64,000 nucleotides of DNA, taken from the NCBI GenBank assembly GCA_017535665.1, contig JAFXTS010000019.1, positions 54,531-118,530 on the forward strand. Direction: 5' to 3'. The notes beneath the pieces were generated by a model. It made no database searches. It saw only the letters and a program-made list of their open reading frames with translations, and was not told where the DNA came from. Positions 16,974 to 26,065 of the stretch are shown here, piece by piece; position 1 is the first letter of the stretch; each line of letters begins with the position of its first letter. This DNA comes from Bacteroidales bacterium (GTDB taxonomy: Bacteria; Bacteroidota; Bacteroidia; Bacteroidales; WCHB1-69). The position numbers and the translations under genes are program-made.

Positions 16974-18164
16974 TTATTTCAACACGCCCAGTTCCTTACC
17001 AACCTTGGTGAAGGCCGCGATACATTTGTCGAGGTTCTCGCGGGTGTGGGCTGCGGAAACCTGAACGCGGATACGAGCCTGGCCCTTCGGAACAACAGGA
17101 TAGTAGAAACCGGTAACGAAGATACCCTCTTCCTGCAACTTGGCAGCCATATCCTGTGACAGCTTAGCGTCGTAGAGCATGACGGCGCAGATAGCGGACT
17201 GGGTGGGCTTGATGTCGAAGCCGGCAGCTTTCATCTTTTCTACGAAATAAGCGGTATTCTCGTGCAGTCTGTCCTGCAGCTCGTTGGTGGAAGACATCAT
17301 CTCGACCATCTTGCAGCCAGCAGCGGCCACCATCGGCGGGATGGAGTTGGAGAACAGGTACGGACGGGAACGCTGACGCAGCATGTCGATAATTTCTTTT
17401 TTACCCGTGGTGAAACCACCGATAGCGCCACCGAAGGCCTTGCCGAGGGTGCCGGTGAGGATTTCCACCTTGCCACGGAGGTTATAGTGCTCGGTCACGC
17501 CACGGCCAGTCTTACCGACCACACCTGCGGAGTGTGATTCGTCAACCATGACCATTGCGTCGTATTTGTTGGCGAGCTCCACGATCTTGTCGAGCGGAGC
17601 CACATTGCCGTCCATCGAGAAGACACCGTCGGTGACGATGAGGCGGAAACGCTGTGCCTGGGCTTTCTTGAGCTGCTCTTCCAAGTCGGCCATGTCGGCG
17701 TTAGCGTAACGATAACGCACTGCCTTGCAGAGACGTACACCGTCGATGATGGAAGCGTGGTTGAGGGCGTCGGAGATGATGGCGTCCTGATCGGTCAGAA
17801 GGGGTTCGAAAACACCGCCGTTAGCGTCGAAACAAGCAGCGTAAAGGATCGTATCTTCAGTGCCAAAAAATTCGGCAATCTTCTTTTCCAGTTCTTTGTG
17901 AAGGTCGGAGCAGCCGCAGATGAAACGCACGGAGGCCATGCCGTAGCCGTGGGTGTCGAGGGCCTCCTTGGCGGCAGCAATCAGCTGCGGGTTGTTGGCC
18001 AGACCAAGGTAGTTGTTGGCGCAGAAGTTAAGTGCCTTCTGACCATTCTTGAGGGTAATCTCACCGCTCTGGGGGGAGACGATGATGCGTTCGTTCTTGT
18101 ACAAACCTGCCTCTTTGATGTCGTTTAACTCATTTTGCAGGAAAGCTTGGAATTTTTGATACAT
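16974..18164 (-). CDS. kbl: Glycine C-acetyltransferase (2-amino-3-ketobutyrate CoA ligase)
   Basis: It is collinear with E. coli Kbl across the full length, for example FCANNYLGLANNPQLIAAAKEALDTHGYGMASVRFICG and DGVFSMDG...TLGKA. Confidence 0.9.
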   Translation of the reverse strand: MYQKFQAFLQNELNDIKEAGLYKNERIIVSPQSGEITLKNGQKALNFCANNYLGLANNPQLIAAAKEALDTHGYGMASVRFICGCSDLHKELEKKIAEFFGTEDTILYAACFDANGGVFEPLLTDQDAIISDALNHASIIDGVRLCKAVRYRYANADMADLEEQLKKAQAQRFRLIVTDGVFSMDGNVAPLDKIVELANKYDAMVMVDESHSAGVVGKTGRGVTEHYNLRGKVEILTGTLGKAFGGAIGGFTTGKKEIIDMLRQRSRPYLFSNSIPPMVAAAGCKMVEMMSSTNELQDRLHENTAYFVEKMKAAGFDIKPTQSAICAVMLYDAKLSQDMAAKLQEEGIFVTGFYYPVVPKGQARIRVQVSAAHTRENLDKCIAAFTKVGKELGVLK

Positions 18165-18350
18165 AATGAATATGATTTAAATAATAGATAAATTGAATAT
18201 TCGATTTTATAGTTTTGTTTTTCAATAATTTATAAAAAAATTAAAAACGCCCTCCCCTATCACATTCTCTGCTATAAAATGGCGTGCAAATGTAATTATT
18301 TTTTTGCATCCCTCATCAAAAAATATTCTCTTTTTATGAACGAAAATTTA

Positions 18351-18358
18351 TACCTTTG
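18351..18358 (+). promoter_or_regulatory. -7 promoter box TACCTTTG upstream of topB
   Basis: TAnnTTTG match 51 nt upstream of the ATG at 18409. Confidence 0.45.
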
Positions 18359-18408
18359 CAAAGTGGATTCTAAAATAAAAAACTACTGATTCTCAATTTG
18401 TTAGAAAA

Positions 18409-20457
18409 ATGATTGTTTGCATTGCTGAAAAACCAAGTGTTGCCCGCGAAATCGCCCATGTGCTCGGAGCCCACCAATCGTGCCAAGGCTATATGGAAGG
18501 CAATGGTTATCAGGTCACTTGGACCTACGGGCACCTCTGCTGTCTGAAAGAACCCCACGACTACACGCCCAACTGGAAGCCTTGGACGCTCGGCGCCCTG
18601 CCGATGATTCCGCCCCGCTTCGGTATCAAAGTGATGGCGGCCCCCTCTGTACAAAAGCAGTTCAAAATTGTGGAGCAGCTGATGCTGCATGCCGACCGCA
18701 TCATCAACTGCGGCGATGCCGGACAGGAAGGCGAACTCATCCAGCGATGGGTGATACAGAGCACCGGCGCACGCTGTCCCGTGCAGCGCCTGTGGGTCTC
18801 CTCGCTCACCGAAGAGGCCATTCGCGAAGGCTTCGCCAACCTCAAGGATGCTACTGAATACCAGTCACTTTACGAGGCGGGACTCTCGCGTGCCATCGGC
18901 GACTGGCTGCTCGGCATGAATGCCACGCGCCTCTACACCCTCAAGTACGGACAAGACCGGCAGGTGCTATCCATCGGCCGTGTGCAAACCCCTACCCTCG
19001 CCCTCATCGTCAACCGCTACTGGGAAATCACCAACTTCAAACCCCAGCAGTATTGGGTGCTGTCCACCCTCTACCGCGGCGTGACCTTCACCGCCACACA
19101 AGGCAAATACGAATCGGAAGAAAAGGGACAGGAAGACCTGCAAAACATTGTGGGAAAACCATTTACCGTCACCGACATTACCACCAAAAAAGGAAAGGAA
19201 GCCCCTCCCCGACTCTTTGACCTCACCTCGCTGCAGGTGGAATGCAACAAAAAATACAGCTTTTCGGCTGACCAGACCCTGCAACTCATCCAGAGCCTTT
19301 ACGAAAAGAAGCTCACCACCTATCCGCGCGTGGATACCACCTACCTCAGCGACGACATCTACCCGAAATGTCCGCAGATTCTACAAGGACTGGTCGCCTA
19401 TGCGCCCCTCACCGCCCCGCTGATGGGCAAAAAACTGCCCAAAAGCAAGAAGGTTTTCGACAGCTCGAAGGTGACCGACCACCACGCCATCATCCCGACA
19501 GGTGTTGTGCCACAGTACCTTACGCAGCAGGAAGGACTGGTGTATGACGAGGTGTGCCGCCACTTCATCGCGGTGTTCTACCCCGACTGCGAGGTCTCGA
19601 ACACGACCGTGATGGGCAAGGTGGAGGCAGTGGAGTTCAAAGCCACGGGGCGGCAGATCCTCAACCCCGGCTGGCGCGTGGTGGTGATGCCCGCCAAGCA
19701 GAACGACGACAAGGATGACGACGACGATAAAGACAAGACCCTGCCCGATTTTGTGAAGGGCGAGCAGGGACCGCACGAGCCAAAGCTAGCCGAGAAGTGG
19801 ACTACGCCGCCCAAACCCTATACAGAAGCCACCCTCCTGCGCGCTATGGAAACCGCCGGCAAGTTAGTGAAAGACGAAGCCTTGCGTGAAGCGCTGAAAG
19901 TGAATGGGATAGGCCGTCCTTCCACTCGCGCTGCCATCATCGAAACACTCTTCAAGCGCAACTACATCCGAAAAGTGCGCAAAAGTCTCGAACCCACCCC
20001 GACCGGTCTGGAACTCATCGGGTTGATACACGAGGAGCTGCTGAAAAGTGCTGAACTGACTGGTATTTGGGAGAAAAAACTGCGTGAGATCGAACTCAAA
20101 AAATACGATGCCGCCACCTTCATCAGTGAACTCAAACAGATGGTGACGCAAATCGTGCAGGTGGTGATGGCCGACACCAGCAACCGACGCATCGCCATCA
20201 CCCCCAAAGAAGAGAAAGATAATGCCAAAAATAAGCAGAGTAAGAAGAAAAATAACTTAAAGCAAAGCAAGAGTAAATTAGATAAAAAATCTGATAATCA
20301 AAATAATAATAAAAATACGACCACTTCACAAGATGTCATTGTTGGAGGGCCTTGTCCGCTATGTAAAAAGGGAGTGGTCATCAAGGGAAATGCGGCGTAC
20401 GGCTGTTCCGAATGGCGCAACGGCTGCACGTGGCGACAGCCTTTCAATCAACATTAA
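18409..20457 (+). CDS. topB: DNA topoisomerase III (type IA) with a C-terminal Cys4 zinc ribbon
   Basis: Toprim N-terminus MIVCIAEKPSVAREIA, the type-IA core (GRVQTPTLALIV, YPRVDTTYL), an acidic patch, a K/N-rich low-complexity tail and CPLCKKG...CSEWRNGC. Confidence 0.9.
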   Translation: MIVCIAEKPSVAREIAHVLGAHQSCQGYMEGNGYQVTWTYGHLCCLKEPHDYTPNWKPWTLGALPMIPPRFGIKVMAAPSVQKQFKIVEQLMLHADRIINCGDAGQEGELIQRWVIQSTGARCPVQRLWVSSLTEEAIREGFANLKDATEYQSLYEAGLSRAIGDWLLGMNATRLYTLKYGQDRQVLSIGRVQTPTLALIVNRYWEITNFKPQQYWVLSTLYRGVTFTATQGKYESEEKGQEDLQNIVGKPFTVTDITTKKGKEAPPRLFDLTSLQVECNKKYSFSADQTLQLIQSLYEKKLTTYPRVDTTYLSDDIYPKCPQILQGLVAYAPLTAPLMGKKLPKSKKVFDSSKVTDHHAIIPTGVVPQYLTQQEGLVYDEVCRHFIAVFYPDCEVSNTTVMGKVEAVEFKATGRQILNPGWRVVVMPAKQNDDKDDDDDKDKTLPDFVKGEQGPHEPKLAEKWTTPPKPYTEATLLRAMETAGKLVKDEALREALKVNGIGRPSTRAAIIETLFKRNYIRKVRKSLEPTPTGLELIGLIHEELLKSAELTGIWEKKLREIELKKYDAATFISELKQMVTQIVQVVMADTSNRRIAITPKEEKDNAKNKQSKKKNNLKQSKSKLDKKSDNQNNNKNTTTSQDVIVGGPCPLCKKGVVIKGNAAYGCSEWRNGCTWRQPFNQH

Positions 20458-20471
20458 GCCAAGAAAAGAAT

Positions 20472-21362
20472 ATGAAAAAGCAACAAGATCTAAAAACTAG
20501 GGCGGCCTATCAGGAGGGCACGGTGTCGGTATTGGGCAATGTATTGTTGTTTGCCCTGAAGATGTGGGCTGGTATTGTCAGCGGCTCCATCGCGCTGATG
20601 GCGGACGCATGGCATACGCTGTCCGACTCGCTCAGCTCCATCGTGGTCATCATTGCGGCCATGTTGTCGCGCCGCAAACCCGACAAGGCGCATCCCTTCG
20701 GCCACGGGCGCTGGGAGCAGATTGCTGCCCTCGTCATCGCCATGATGTTGGGCATCATCGCCTACACCTTTCTTTCCGACTCGGTAGTGAGACTTAAAGA
20801 GCACAGTGCCACCACATTCGGCACGTTAGCCATCGTGGTAACGGCAATTTCCATCGTGGCCAAAGAGGGTATGGCACAGTATGCCTTCTGGTTGGGAAAG
20901 AAAAGCGGGAACCTCAGCATCAAGGCCGATGCGTGGCACCATCGCACCGACGCGCTCTCCTCTGTTGTGGTGCTGGTGGGCATCCTGTTTGCCAAGCACT
21001 TCTGGTGGATTGACGGCGTGCTGGGCATCGTCATCGCGCTGATGCTGTTTTACGCTACCTACGAAATCATGCGGGAGACCATCACCCAAATTTTGGGCGA
21101 GAAACCGCCGCAGGAGCTGGTGGATGGCATCATGAAAAAAGCCGCTGAATGCTGTCCCGCCGACCTTCAGATGCACCATTTCCATCTGCATAACTACGTC
21201 ACCCATCAGGAGTTAACCTGCCACATACGGCTGCCCGGCGACCTGCCCTTGTCAGAAGGCCATGCCATCGCCACCCGCATCGAGCAGATGATCGAGCAGG
21301 AGTACAAAATCTCGGCCACCATCCACGTGGAGCCTATCGGCTACGAGCACCCGGAAGACTGA
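20472..21362 (+). CDS. Cation diffusion facilitator family transporter
   Basis: Motifs ADAWHTLSDSLSS and HPFGHGRWE, six TM helices and a C-terminal cytoplasmic domain. The start was moved from 20412, which overlaps topB, to the ATG at 20472. Confidence 0.88.
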   Translation: MKKQQDLKTRAAYQEGTVSVLGNVLLFALKMWAGIVSGSIALMADAWHTLSDSLSSIVVIIAAMLSRRKPDKAHPFGHGRWEQIAALVIAMMLGIIAYTFLSDSVVRLKEHSATTFGTLAIVVTAISIVAKEGMAQYAFWLGKKSGNLSIKADAWHHRTDALSSVVVLVGILFAKHFWWIDGVLGIVIALMLFYATYEIMRETITQILGEKPPQELVDGIMKKAAECCPADLQMHHFHLHNYVTHQELTCHIRLPGDLPLSEGHAIATRIEQMIEQEYKISATIHVEPIGYEHPED

Positions 21363-21364
21363 GG

Positions 21365-21410
21365 AAATTGAAAATTGAAAATTGAAAACTGAGAATGGAA
21401 AATTGAGAAA
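21365..21410 (+). repeat. Tandem heptamer array (AATTGAA)x7 in the 3' UTR
   Basis: AATTGAA AATTGAA AATTGAA AACTGAG AATGGAA AATTGAG AAATAAT. It begins 3 nt after the stop codon and precedes the terminator. Confidence 0.9.
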
Positions 21411-21421
21411 TAATAAAATGA

Positions 21422-21460
21422 AGAGCCCCACGGAAACTATGCGACCGCGGGGCTCTTTAT
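21422..21460 (+). terminator. Terminator hairpin after the CDF transporter gene
   Basis: AGAGCCCCACGG ... CCGCGGGGCTCT (one mismatch), followed by TTTAT. Confidence 0.6.
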
Positions 21461-21561
21461 AATGTTCCTTGTAGGACTGTCATATTATGGCGTCCCTACC
21501 GGTGCATGATTTTATCGCAGGATTCGTGCGGTAGAGAATCGCAGTCCTGCCGCTTATGGTA

Positions 21562-22341
21562 TTACCACGAAAGGCCGATCACAAATCGCACACTGTAATC
21601 ACTAGCTACCCATGTGAATGAGCTAGTCCCGTAGGTCAAATGGCTGGGATTCAGAATGCAACCAGCCATCAGGTCATCGGAATCCAAATCACCGTCTTTG
21701 TCGTAGAATTTGATATAATGCTCATTGGCACTGTAGCTGAGCGTAGTATTGACTCCCGTCCAAGTGTGCGGCAGATCAGATGAGCTCACATCTTCCACAC
21801 TGTTGCTGGTATAAACCACTTGGTTGTTGGCATTATAAATCTTGAAATAGATGTCGGGGTCGCCACCACCGAAGAGTCCGGTATCCCATGAGCCGTTGTT
21901 AGCATCCAACATCGGGATGTTCTCCAAACGCAGCCAAGTGATGGTGAAATTGGTAGGGGTATAAGGCGGGTCAATCGGATCGGTGCCACCACCGCCACCG
22001 CCGCCATTCGACGGATTGATATAGATGTGCTTGGCCTCTACTTTATAATCGCCATTTTTGCTGTAAGCGTACAATCTCAACTCATAGTCACCCGTCTGGT
22101 AGCACATGAAAGACGGTGATTCGGAGTAGGATTCGAGTACGTCTCCGTAGGGGCCTTTGAGCTCCCACATGTAGGAGACGGCATTTACCGACAGGTTGAC
22201 GGTGGAGAGCAATACGTACGGAGCATCCAAGTCGTAGTCGTACCGGTTTTCGGTAACGTAGGAGAAATTAACGATGGCCTCCTTCTGGCAGGCGGTCAGA
22301 ATGACGGCGAGCATGCCGATGAATAAAAGTGTTTTTTTCAT
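21562..22341 (-). CDS. Lipoprotein with a PKD-like N-terminal domain, a Gly6 linker and a C2-like C-terminal domain
   Basis: Lipoprotein signal LAVILTAC. Ig/PKD-like segment YMWELKGPYGDV...DYELRLYAYSKNGDY. GGGGGG linker. The C-terminal GDPDIYFKIY...W...IKFYDKDGDLDSDDLM follows the C2-domain pattern. Confidence 0.7.
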   Translation of the reverse strand: MKKTLLFIGMLAVILTACQKEAIVNFSYVTENRYDYDLDAPYVLLSTVNLSVNAVSYMWELKGPYGDVLESYSESPSFMCYQTGDYELRLYAYSKNGDYKVEAKHIYINPSNGGGGGGGTDPIDPPYTPTNFTITWLRLENIPMLDANNGSWDTGLFGGGDPDIYFKIYNANNQVVYTSNSVEDVSSSDLPHTWTGVNTTLSYSANEHYIKFYDKDGDLDSDDLMAGCILNPSHLTYGTSSFTWVASDYSVRFVIGLSW

Positions 22342-22383
22342 AATATTAGTATTTGATTAATAATTGGTTTATAATAATCTTGA

Positions 22384-22860
22384 CTAATTCCCTGCAGGTT
22401 GTACGGGAGGGTTGCTCTGCTGCGGCATGGGCTGGAGGTTGCTGGCGGGTGCCGGAGCGGGCGTGCGGCTCCATACGCAACGCACGAAATCCTCCTTGTT
22501 GTACGGAGCTTCGCGCACCTTGCCGTTCTTGAAGTTGAGGTCATAGAAACGGAATTCGCCGCGCACTTTCTCTCCGGTCCAGTACCATCCTTCTCCGAAA
22601 TCCATCTCAAAGCGATGGCTGTACATAATTTGCAGTTCGCCGAGGGTGGGCAGTCGCCATCCGTCGCCTTTGCAGCCGCAGGCACTCACGGCGGCATTGC
22701 GCTGCATCTTGCTCACCTCATCGTATGGGGTGGTGTACAGGTCGGCGGTACCCGGCACCAACACCGCACCCTGCGGAGGCTGCACATTGGCATTGTCGTT
22801 TTGTGCAAACATTCCTTGAATGCTCCACAAAATCATCACTAAAATACTGATTCTTTTCAT
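22384..22860 (-). CDS. Secreted DUF1566-like (Lcl C-terminal domain) protein
   Basis: Signal peptide MKRISILVMILWSIQGMFAQ, a GWRLPTLGELQIMY motif typical of DUF1566, and a P/Q-rich tail. Confidence 0.7.
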   Translation of the reverse strand: MKRISILVMILWSIQGMFAQNDNANVQPPQGAVLVPGTADLYTTPYDEVSKMQRNAAVSACGCKGDGWRLPTLGELQIMYSHRFEMDFGEGWYWTGEKVRGEFRFYDLNFKNGKVREAPYNKEDFVRCVWSRTPAPAPASNLQPMPQQSNPPVQPAGN

Positions 22861-22879
22861 TTAAAAAATATTGTTACAA

Positions 22880-23380
22880 TTATTTGATTTTCTGTACATT
22901 GATAGTCGCCACCATTTGGGTGCCTTCCTCAATTTCGGCATTACCACCTTTGATACACAAGAACAGCAAGCCCACAGGGCAAGCCACAATACCGAAGAAC
23001 ACTCCGCAGCCGATGGCGGCACCACGGCGGTTTTTGCCCGTAGCCGTGCGCGAATCAGCATTCAAAGGCCATAATTGTCCATAGATGTCAGTGGTGCTCA
23101 CCGGTCTTGCAGTGACCGAAGCGGGAACACCCAGTCCGCGGCGGTGCTGGTACTGGATGTCCATGATGACCGGCGTTCCGGCGGCAATTAAGATTTTCCC
23201 GTCGTAATACACGTCGTCGCTCACCACTGCGCTTTCGGTCAGCAGGTCGGGGTCGCTATCGTCAATATCATCAACAACAAGTACACCCACGGCGAGTGTT
23301 GACTGCTGCGCATTGACATGGGAACTCCCAAAAGCCATCAAGGCTGTTAGAAACAGGATCATCAATAACTTTAATTTCAT
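22880..23380 (-). CDS. Hypothetical signal-peptide protein with a C-terminal TM helix
   Basis: MKLKLLMILFLTALMAFGSSHVNAQ signal, an acidic region and the hydrophobic stretch AAIGCGVFFGIVACPVGLLFLCI. The start was moved to the ATG at 23380. Confidence 0.65.
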   Translation of the reverse strand: MKLKLLMILFLTALMAFGSSHVNAQQSTLAVGVLVVDDIDDSDPDLLTESAVVSDDVYYDGKILIAAGTPVIMDIQYQHRRGLGVPASVTARPVSTTDIYGQLWPLNADSRTATGKNRRGAAIGCGVFFGIVACPVGLLFLCIKGGNAEIEEGTQMVATINVQKIK

Positions 23381-23718
23381 TTTTATACGTTTAAAATTCA
23401 GCCCGATCCCCAAAGGCAATTTTCCTGTTTTACCATTTTAAACATATAAAAAAGCGCGGGAATCTGAACCACTGCTCATCCCGCAAATCAGGCTCTCGCA
23501 TTGCCTTCCCGCTGAAGATAAGCAATGCCGAAGCCCACGCTATGTGTATATTCGTAAAAAATATACGCGAACCATGGACATTGAAACATTGCTTTACCGT
23601 GCAGCGGGGATAGAATTTGCGAGATTCGATTTGCCGCAGATAAAGCGTTGACTCAACGCCTTTTATATATGTCTGTCGCCCGCCTTCCACCCGTCCGGCT
23701 TCGGAACGAACAACGCGG

Positions 23719-23726
23719 CAAAGATA
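23719..23726 (-). promoter_or_regulatory. Candidate -7 promoter box (TATCTTTG on the minus strand)
   Basis: CAAAGATA on the plus strand. It would give a leader of roughly 330 nt before the start at 23380. Confidence 0.3.
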
Positions 23727-23762
23727 CAAAAAAAATGAAAAATAAAACGGGAAAATGGAAAA

Positions 23763-23800
23763 AAAATCCCCACGGCAATCCTACCACGGGGATTATCTAT
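23763..23800 (-). terminator. Rho-independent terminator of the S46 peptidase gene
   Basis: The minus strand reads ATCCCCGTGG...CCGTGGGGAT followed by T8. It lies 37 nt after the stop at 23837. Confidence 0.75.
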
Positions 23801-23836
23801 TACGTTCTCCCATGGAGACACCATATTATGACGCCT

Positions 23837-25981
23837 CTACTCCACTATTTGAAGCTCTTCCATCAGGTTCTGAGCGTTGGCCATCTTGTCGATGATGAAC
23901 AGCAAATAACGCATATCCATGCAGATGGTGCGTTGTACCTTGTTCTCGAAGGAGATATCACCGCTCATAGCCTCCCAGTTGCCGTCGAAGGCCAGACCGA
24001 TGAGGTTGCCGTTGGCGTCAATCACCGGACTGCCGGAGTTGCCACCGGTGATGTCGTTGGTGGTAATGAAGTTGACCACCAGCTCGCCTGCCTCGTTGGC
24101 ATAGCGGCCGTAATCGTGGTTCTCCCACAATTTGATGAGGTCTTTCGGCACGTCGAACTCCCAGTTGCCGGGCACATATTTCTCCATCACACCATCGAGA
24201 GTGGTGTAATAGTTGTAGGTAACACCATCGGAGGGTTTGCAATCCTGCACGCTGCCGTAAGTGAGGCGCATCGTGAAGTTAGCGTCTGGATAGAAATTGC
24301 GGTCTTGCTGCATCTCCATCAGACCTTCCATATAGAGACGGTTGGCGCGATCGCAGTTTACCGCTTCGGCTGCTTCACCCAGTCCGATATACATATCTAC
24401 AATTTCCTGCATCAGGGCAAAGATGGGATCTTTGTCTAACGATTTCGGATTATCGAGCCAAGCATTCAACTTATTGGCATCCACAAAGATAGACTTAGCG
24501 AAAGCATTATTGACAAAAGCGGTGAAATTGCCACCATTCTTATCCCCTACCTTCTTGATGGTGGCCGGCTGCTGGTCGGGATTCACATCTTTATAAAAAA
24601 GATTCAACAGAGCGATCGTGACATCACGATCCAAATCTTTATTATAATCTTTGAAGAAATCAGGAACAGATGCCTTCAACGATTTGGCCAAAGCGTTAAT
24701 GTCTTTTTGCTGGGCACCGCCATCAATAAAAGAATTGATACGGCGGAACTTAACGGCAAAGGCCACAGCCTCACCGCCGCGCCAGCCAGCCTCTCGCAGA
24801 TAGGTCAGCGCTTTGGTGTATTTCGCCTGATGGTTCCAGTAGTTGTCCATCTCATCGAAAATGCCGTTGTACTTGGCTTTGCGTTCTTTGTCCTGAGCGG
24901 CCCACTCGCGGAAAGCCTTTTCCTGCTCCAGACGTTTGTCCAAAACCTTGTTGCGCTGCAGCTGTTTCACCTGACCTATATAATATTTCCAGTAGTTGCT
25001 GACGCTGGCCTGCTTGGAGGCGTATTGGATGAACACGGCGGGATCGGCATCCATGTGCTTGCGGTACTGCTCCAGCTTGGTGGTGCGGCAATCCACGATG
25101 GCGGGACCTTCCAGTTCGATAACATTCTTCACGGAACCCGAAGCCGAGTAGCGGTCGGTGGAACCGGGATATCCAAGAATCATGGTGTAGTCGTTGGGCT
25201 GCACGCCCTTGAGGGAGATGGGCAGGAAGTGCTTCGACTTCATCGGCACATTGTCCTTGCTGTACTCGGCGGGTGAACCGTCGGGGGCGGTATAGACGCG
25301 GAAGATGCAGAAGTCGCCCTTGTGGCGAGGCCATGTCCAGTTGTCGGTGTCGGCACCGAACTTGCCGATGCCCCACGGCGGGCAGGCCACGAGGCGCACA
25401 TCTTTATAAACATCATATACAAACAATATGTATTGGTTGCCGTGGTAGAAAGGAACAATCTCGACCTCCACGCCACTCTTTCCTTCTTTGTACTCCTTCA
25501 CCAACTTGCTGCAGTTCTTCTTGATGGCAGTGGCGCGGTCCTGCTCCGACATATTGTCGGTAACACCCTCCAGCACAGCCTTTGTAACATCCTCAATATA
25601 ATTCAGAAACGAGACTGAAAGCCCCTCGTTGGGCAATTCCTCGCCTTTGCTTCTGGCCCAGAAACCGTCTTGCAGGTAATCGTGTTCCACGGAGGCGTGG
25701 CTCTGCACGTAGGAGAGTCCGCAGTGATGGTTGGTGAGCAGAAGTCCCTCTGCGGAGATCAGCTCGCCGGTGCAACCGCCACCGAACTGCACGATGGCAT
25801 CCTTGAGGCTGGGCTGGTTGAAGCTGAAGATCTGCTCGGCGGTGAGTTTGCAGCCCAAGCGCTGCATGTCGGCCAAGTTCTGTCCGTTGATAGAATACGG
25901 CAGCCACATGCCTTCATCGGCACGGGCGCACAGGAAAAGCATCATCAAAGATGCGAAGAGAAGGTTGATTTTATGTTTCAT
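23837..25981 (-). CDS. S46-family dipeptidyl-peptidase (DPP7/DPP11 family)
   Basis: The signal peptide is followed by ADEGMWLP, the hallmark mature N-terminus of S46 peptidases. It also has a His motif (TNHHCG) and the catalytic Ser motif GGNSGSPV. The start was moved from 26104 to the ATG at 25981. Confidence 0.9.
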   Translation of the reverse strand: MKHKINLLFASLMMLFLCARADEGMWLPYSINGQNLADMQRLGCKLTAEQIFSFNQPSLKDAIVQFGGGCTGELISAEGLLLTNHHCGLSYVQSHASVEHDYLQDGFWARSKGEELPNEGLSVSFLNYIEDVTKAVLEGVTDNMSEQDRATAIKKNCSKLVKEYKEGKSGVEVEIVPFYHGNQYILFVYDVYKDVRLVACPPWGIGKFGADTDNWTWPRHKGDFCIFRVYTAPDGSPAEYSKDNVPMKSKHFLPISLKGVQPNDYTMILGYPGSTDRYSASGSVKNVIELEGPAIVDCRTTKLEQYRKHMDADPAVFIQYASKQASVSNYWKYYIGQVKQLQRNKVLDKRLEQEKAFREWAAQDKERKAKYNGIFDEMDNYWNHQAKYTKALTYLREAGWRGGEAVAFAVKFRRINSFIDGGAQQKDINALAKSLKASVPDFFKDYNKDLDRDVTIALLNLFYKDVNPDQQPATIKKVGDKNGGNFTAFVNNAFAKSIFVDANKLNAWLDNPKSLDKDPIFALMQEIVDMYIGLGEAAEAVNCDRANRLYMEGLMEMQQDRNFYPDANFTMRLTYGSVQDCKPSDGVTYNYYTTLDGVMEKYVPGNWEFDVPKDLIKLWENHDYGRYANEAGELVVNFITTNDITGGNSGSPVIDANGNLIGLAFDGNWEAMSGDISFENKVQRTICMDMRYLLFIIDKMANAQNLMEELQIVE

Positions 25982-26002
25982 AATCTGTAAAATTTCGTGG
26001 TG

Positions 26003-26010
26003 CAAAAATA
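26003..26010 (-). promoter_or_regulatory. -7 promoter box (TATTTTTG on the minus strand) for the S46 peptidase
   Basis: CAAAAATA lies 22 nt upstream of the start at 25981. Confidence 0.5.
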
Positions 26011-26035
26011 TAAAAATTTTGAAAAAAAATAATCG

Positions 26036-26043
26036 TAATTTTG
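26036..26043 (+). promoter_or_regulatory. -7 promoter box TAATTTTG for the MATE transporter
   Basis: TAnnTTTG match 23 nt upstream of the ATG at 26066. Confidence 0.5.
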
Positions 26044-26065
26044 CACCCTTAATTTTGAAAAAGAT

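Noticed and set aside
23381-23836. Possible invertible (phase-variable) promoter upstream of the secreted cluster
   Set aside because: I found no pair of inverted repeats of at least 15 bp flanking the candidate promoter, and no nearby site-specific recombinase.
23430-24439. 99-aa (minus) and 263-aa (plus) ORFs around the S46 peptidase 3' end
   Set aside because: The 263-aa ORF is antisense to the peptidase. The 99-aa ORF lies in hairpin-rich non-coding DNA and has no coding character.
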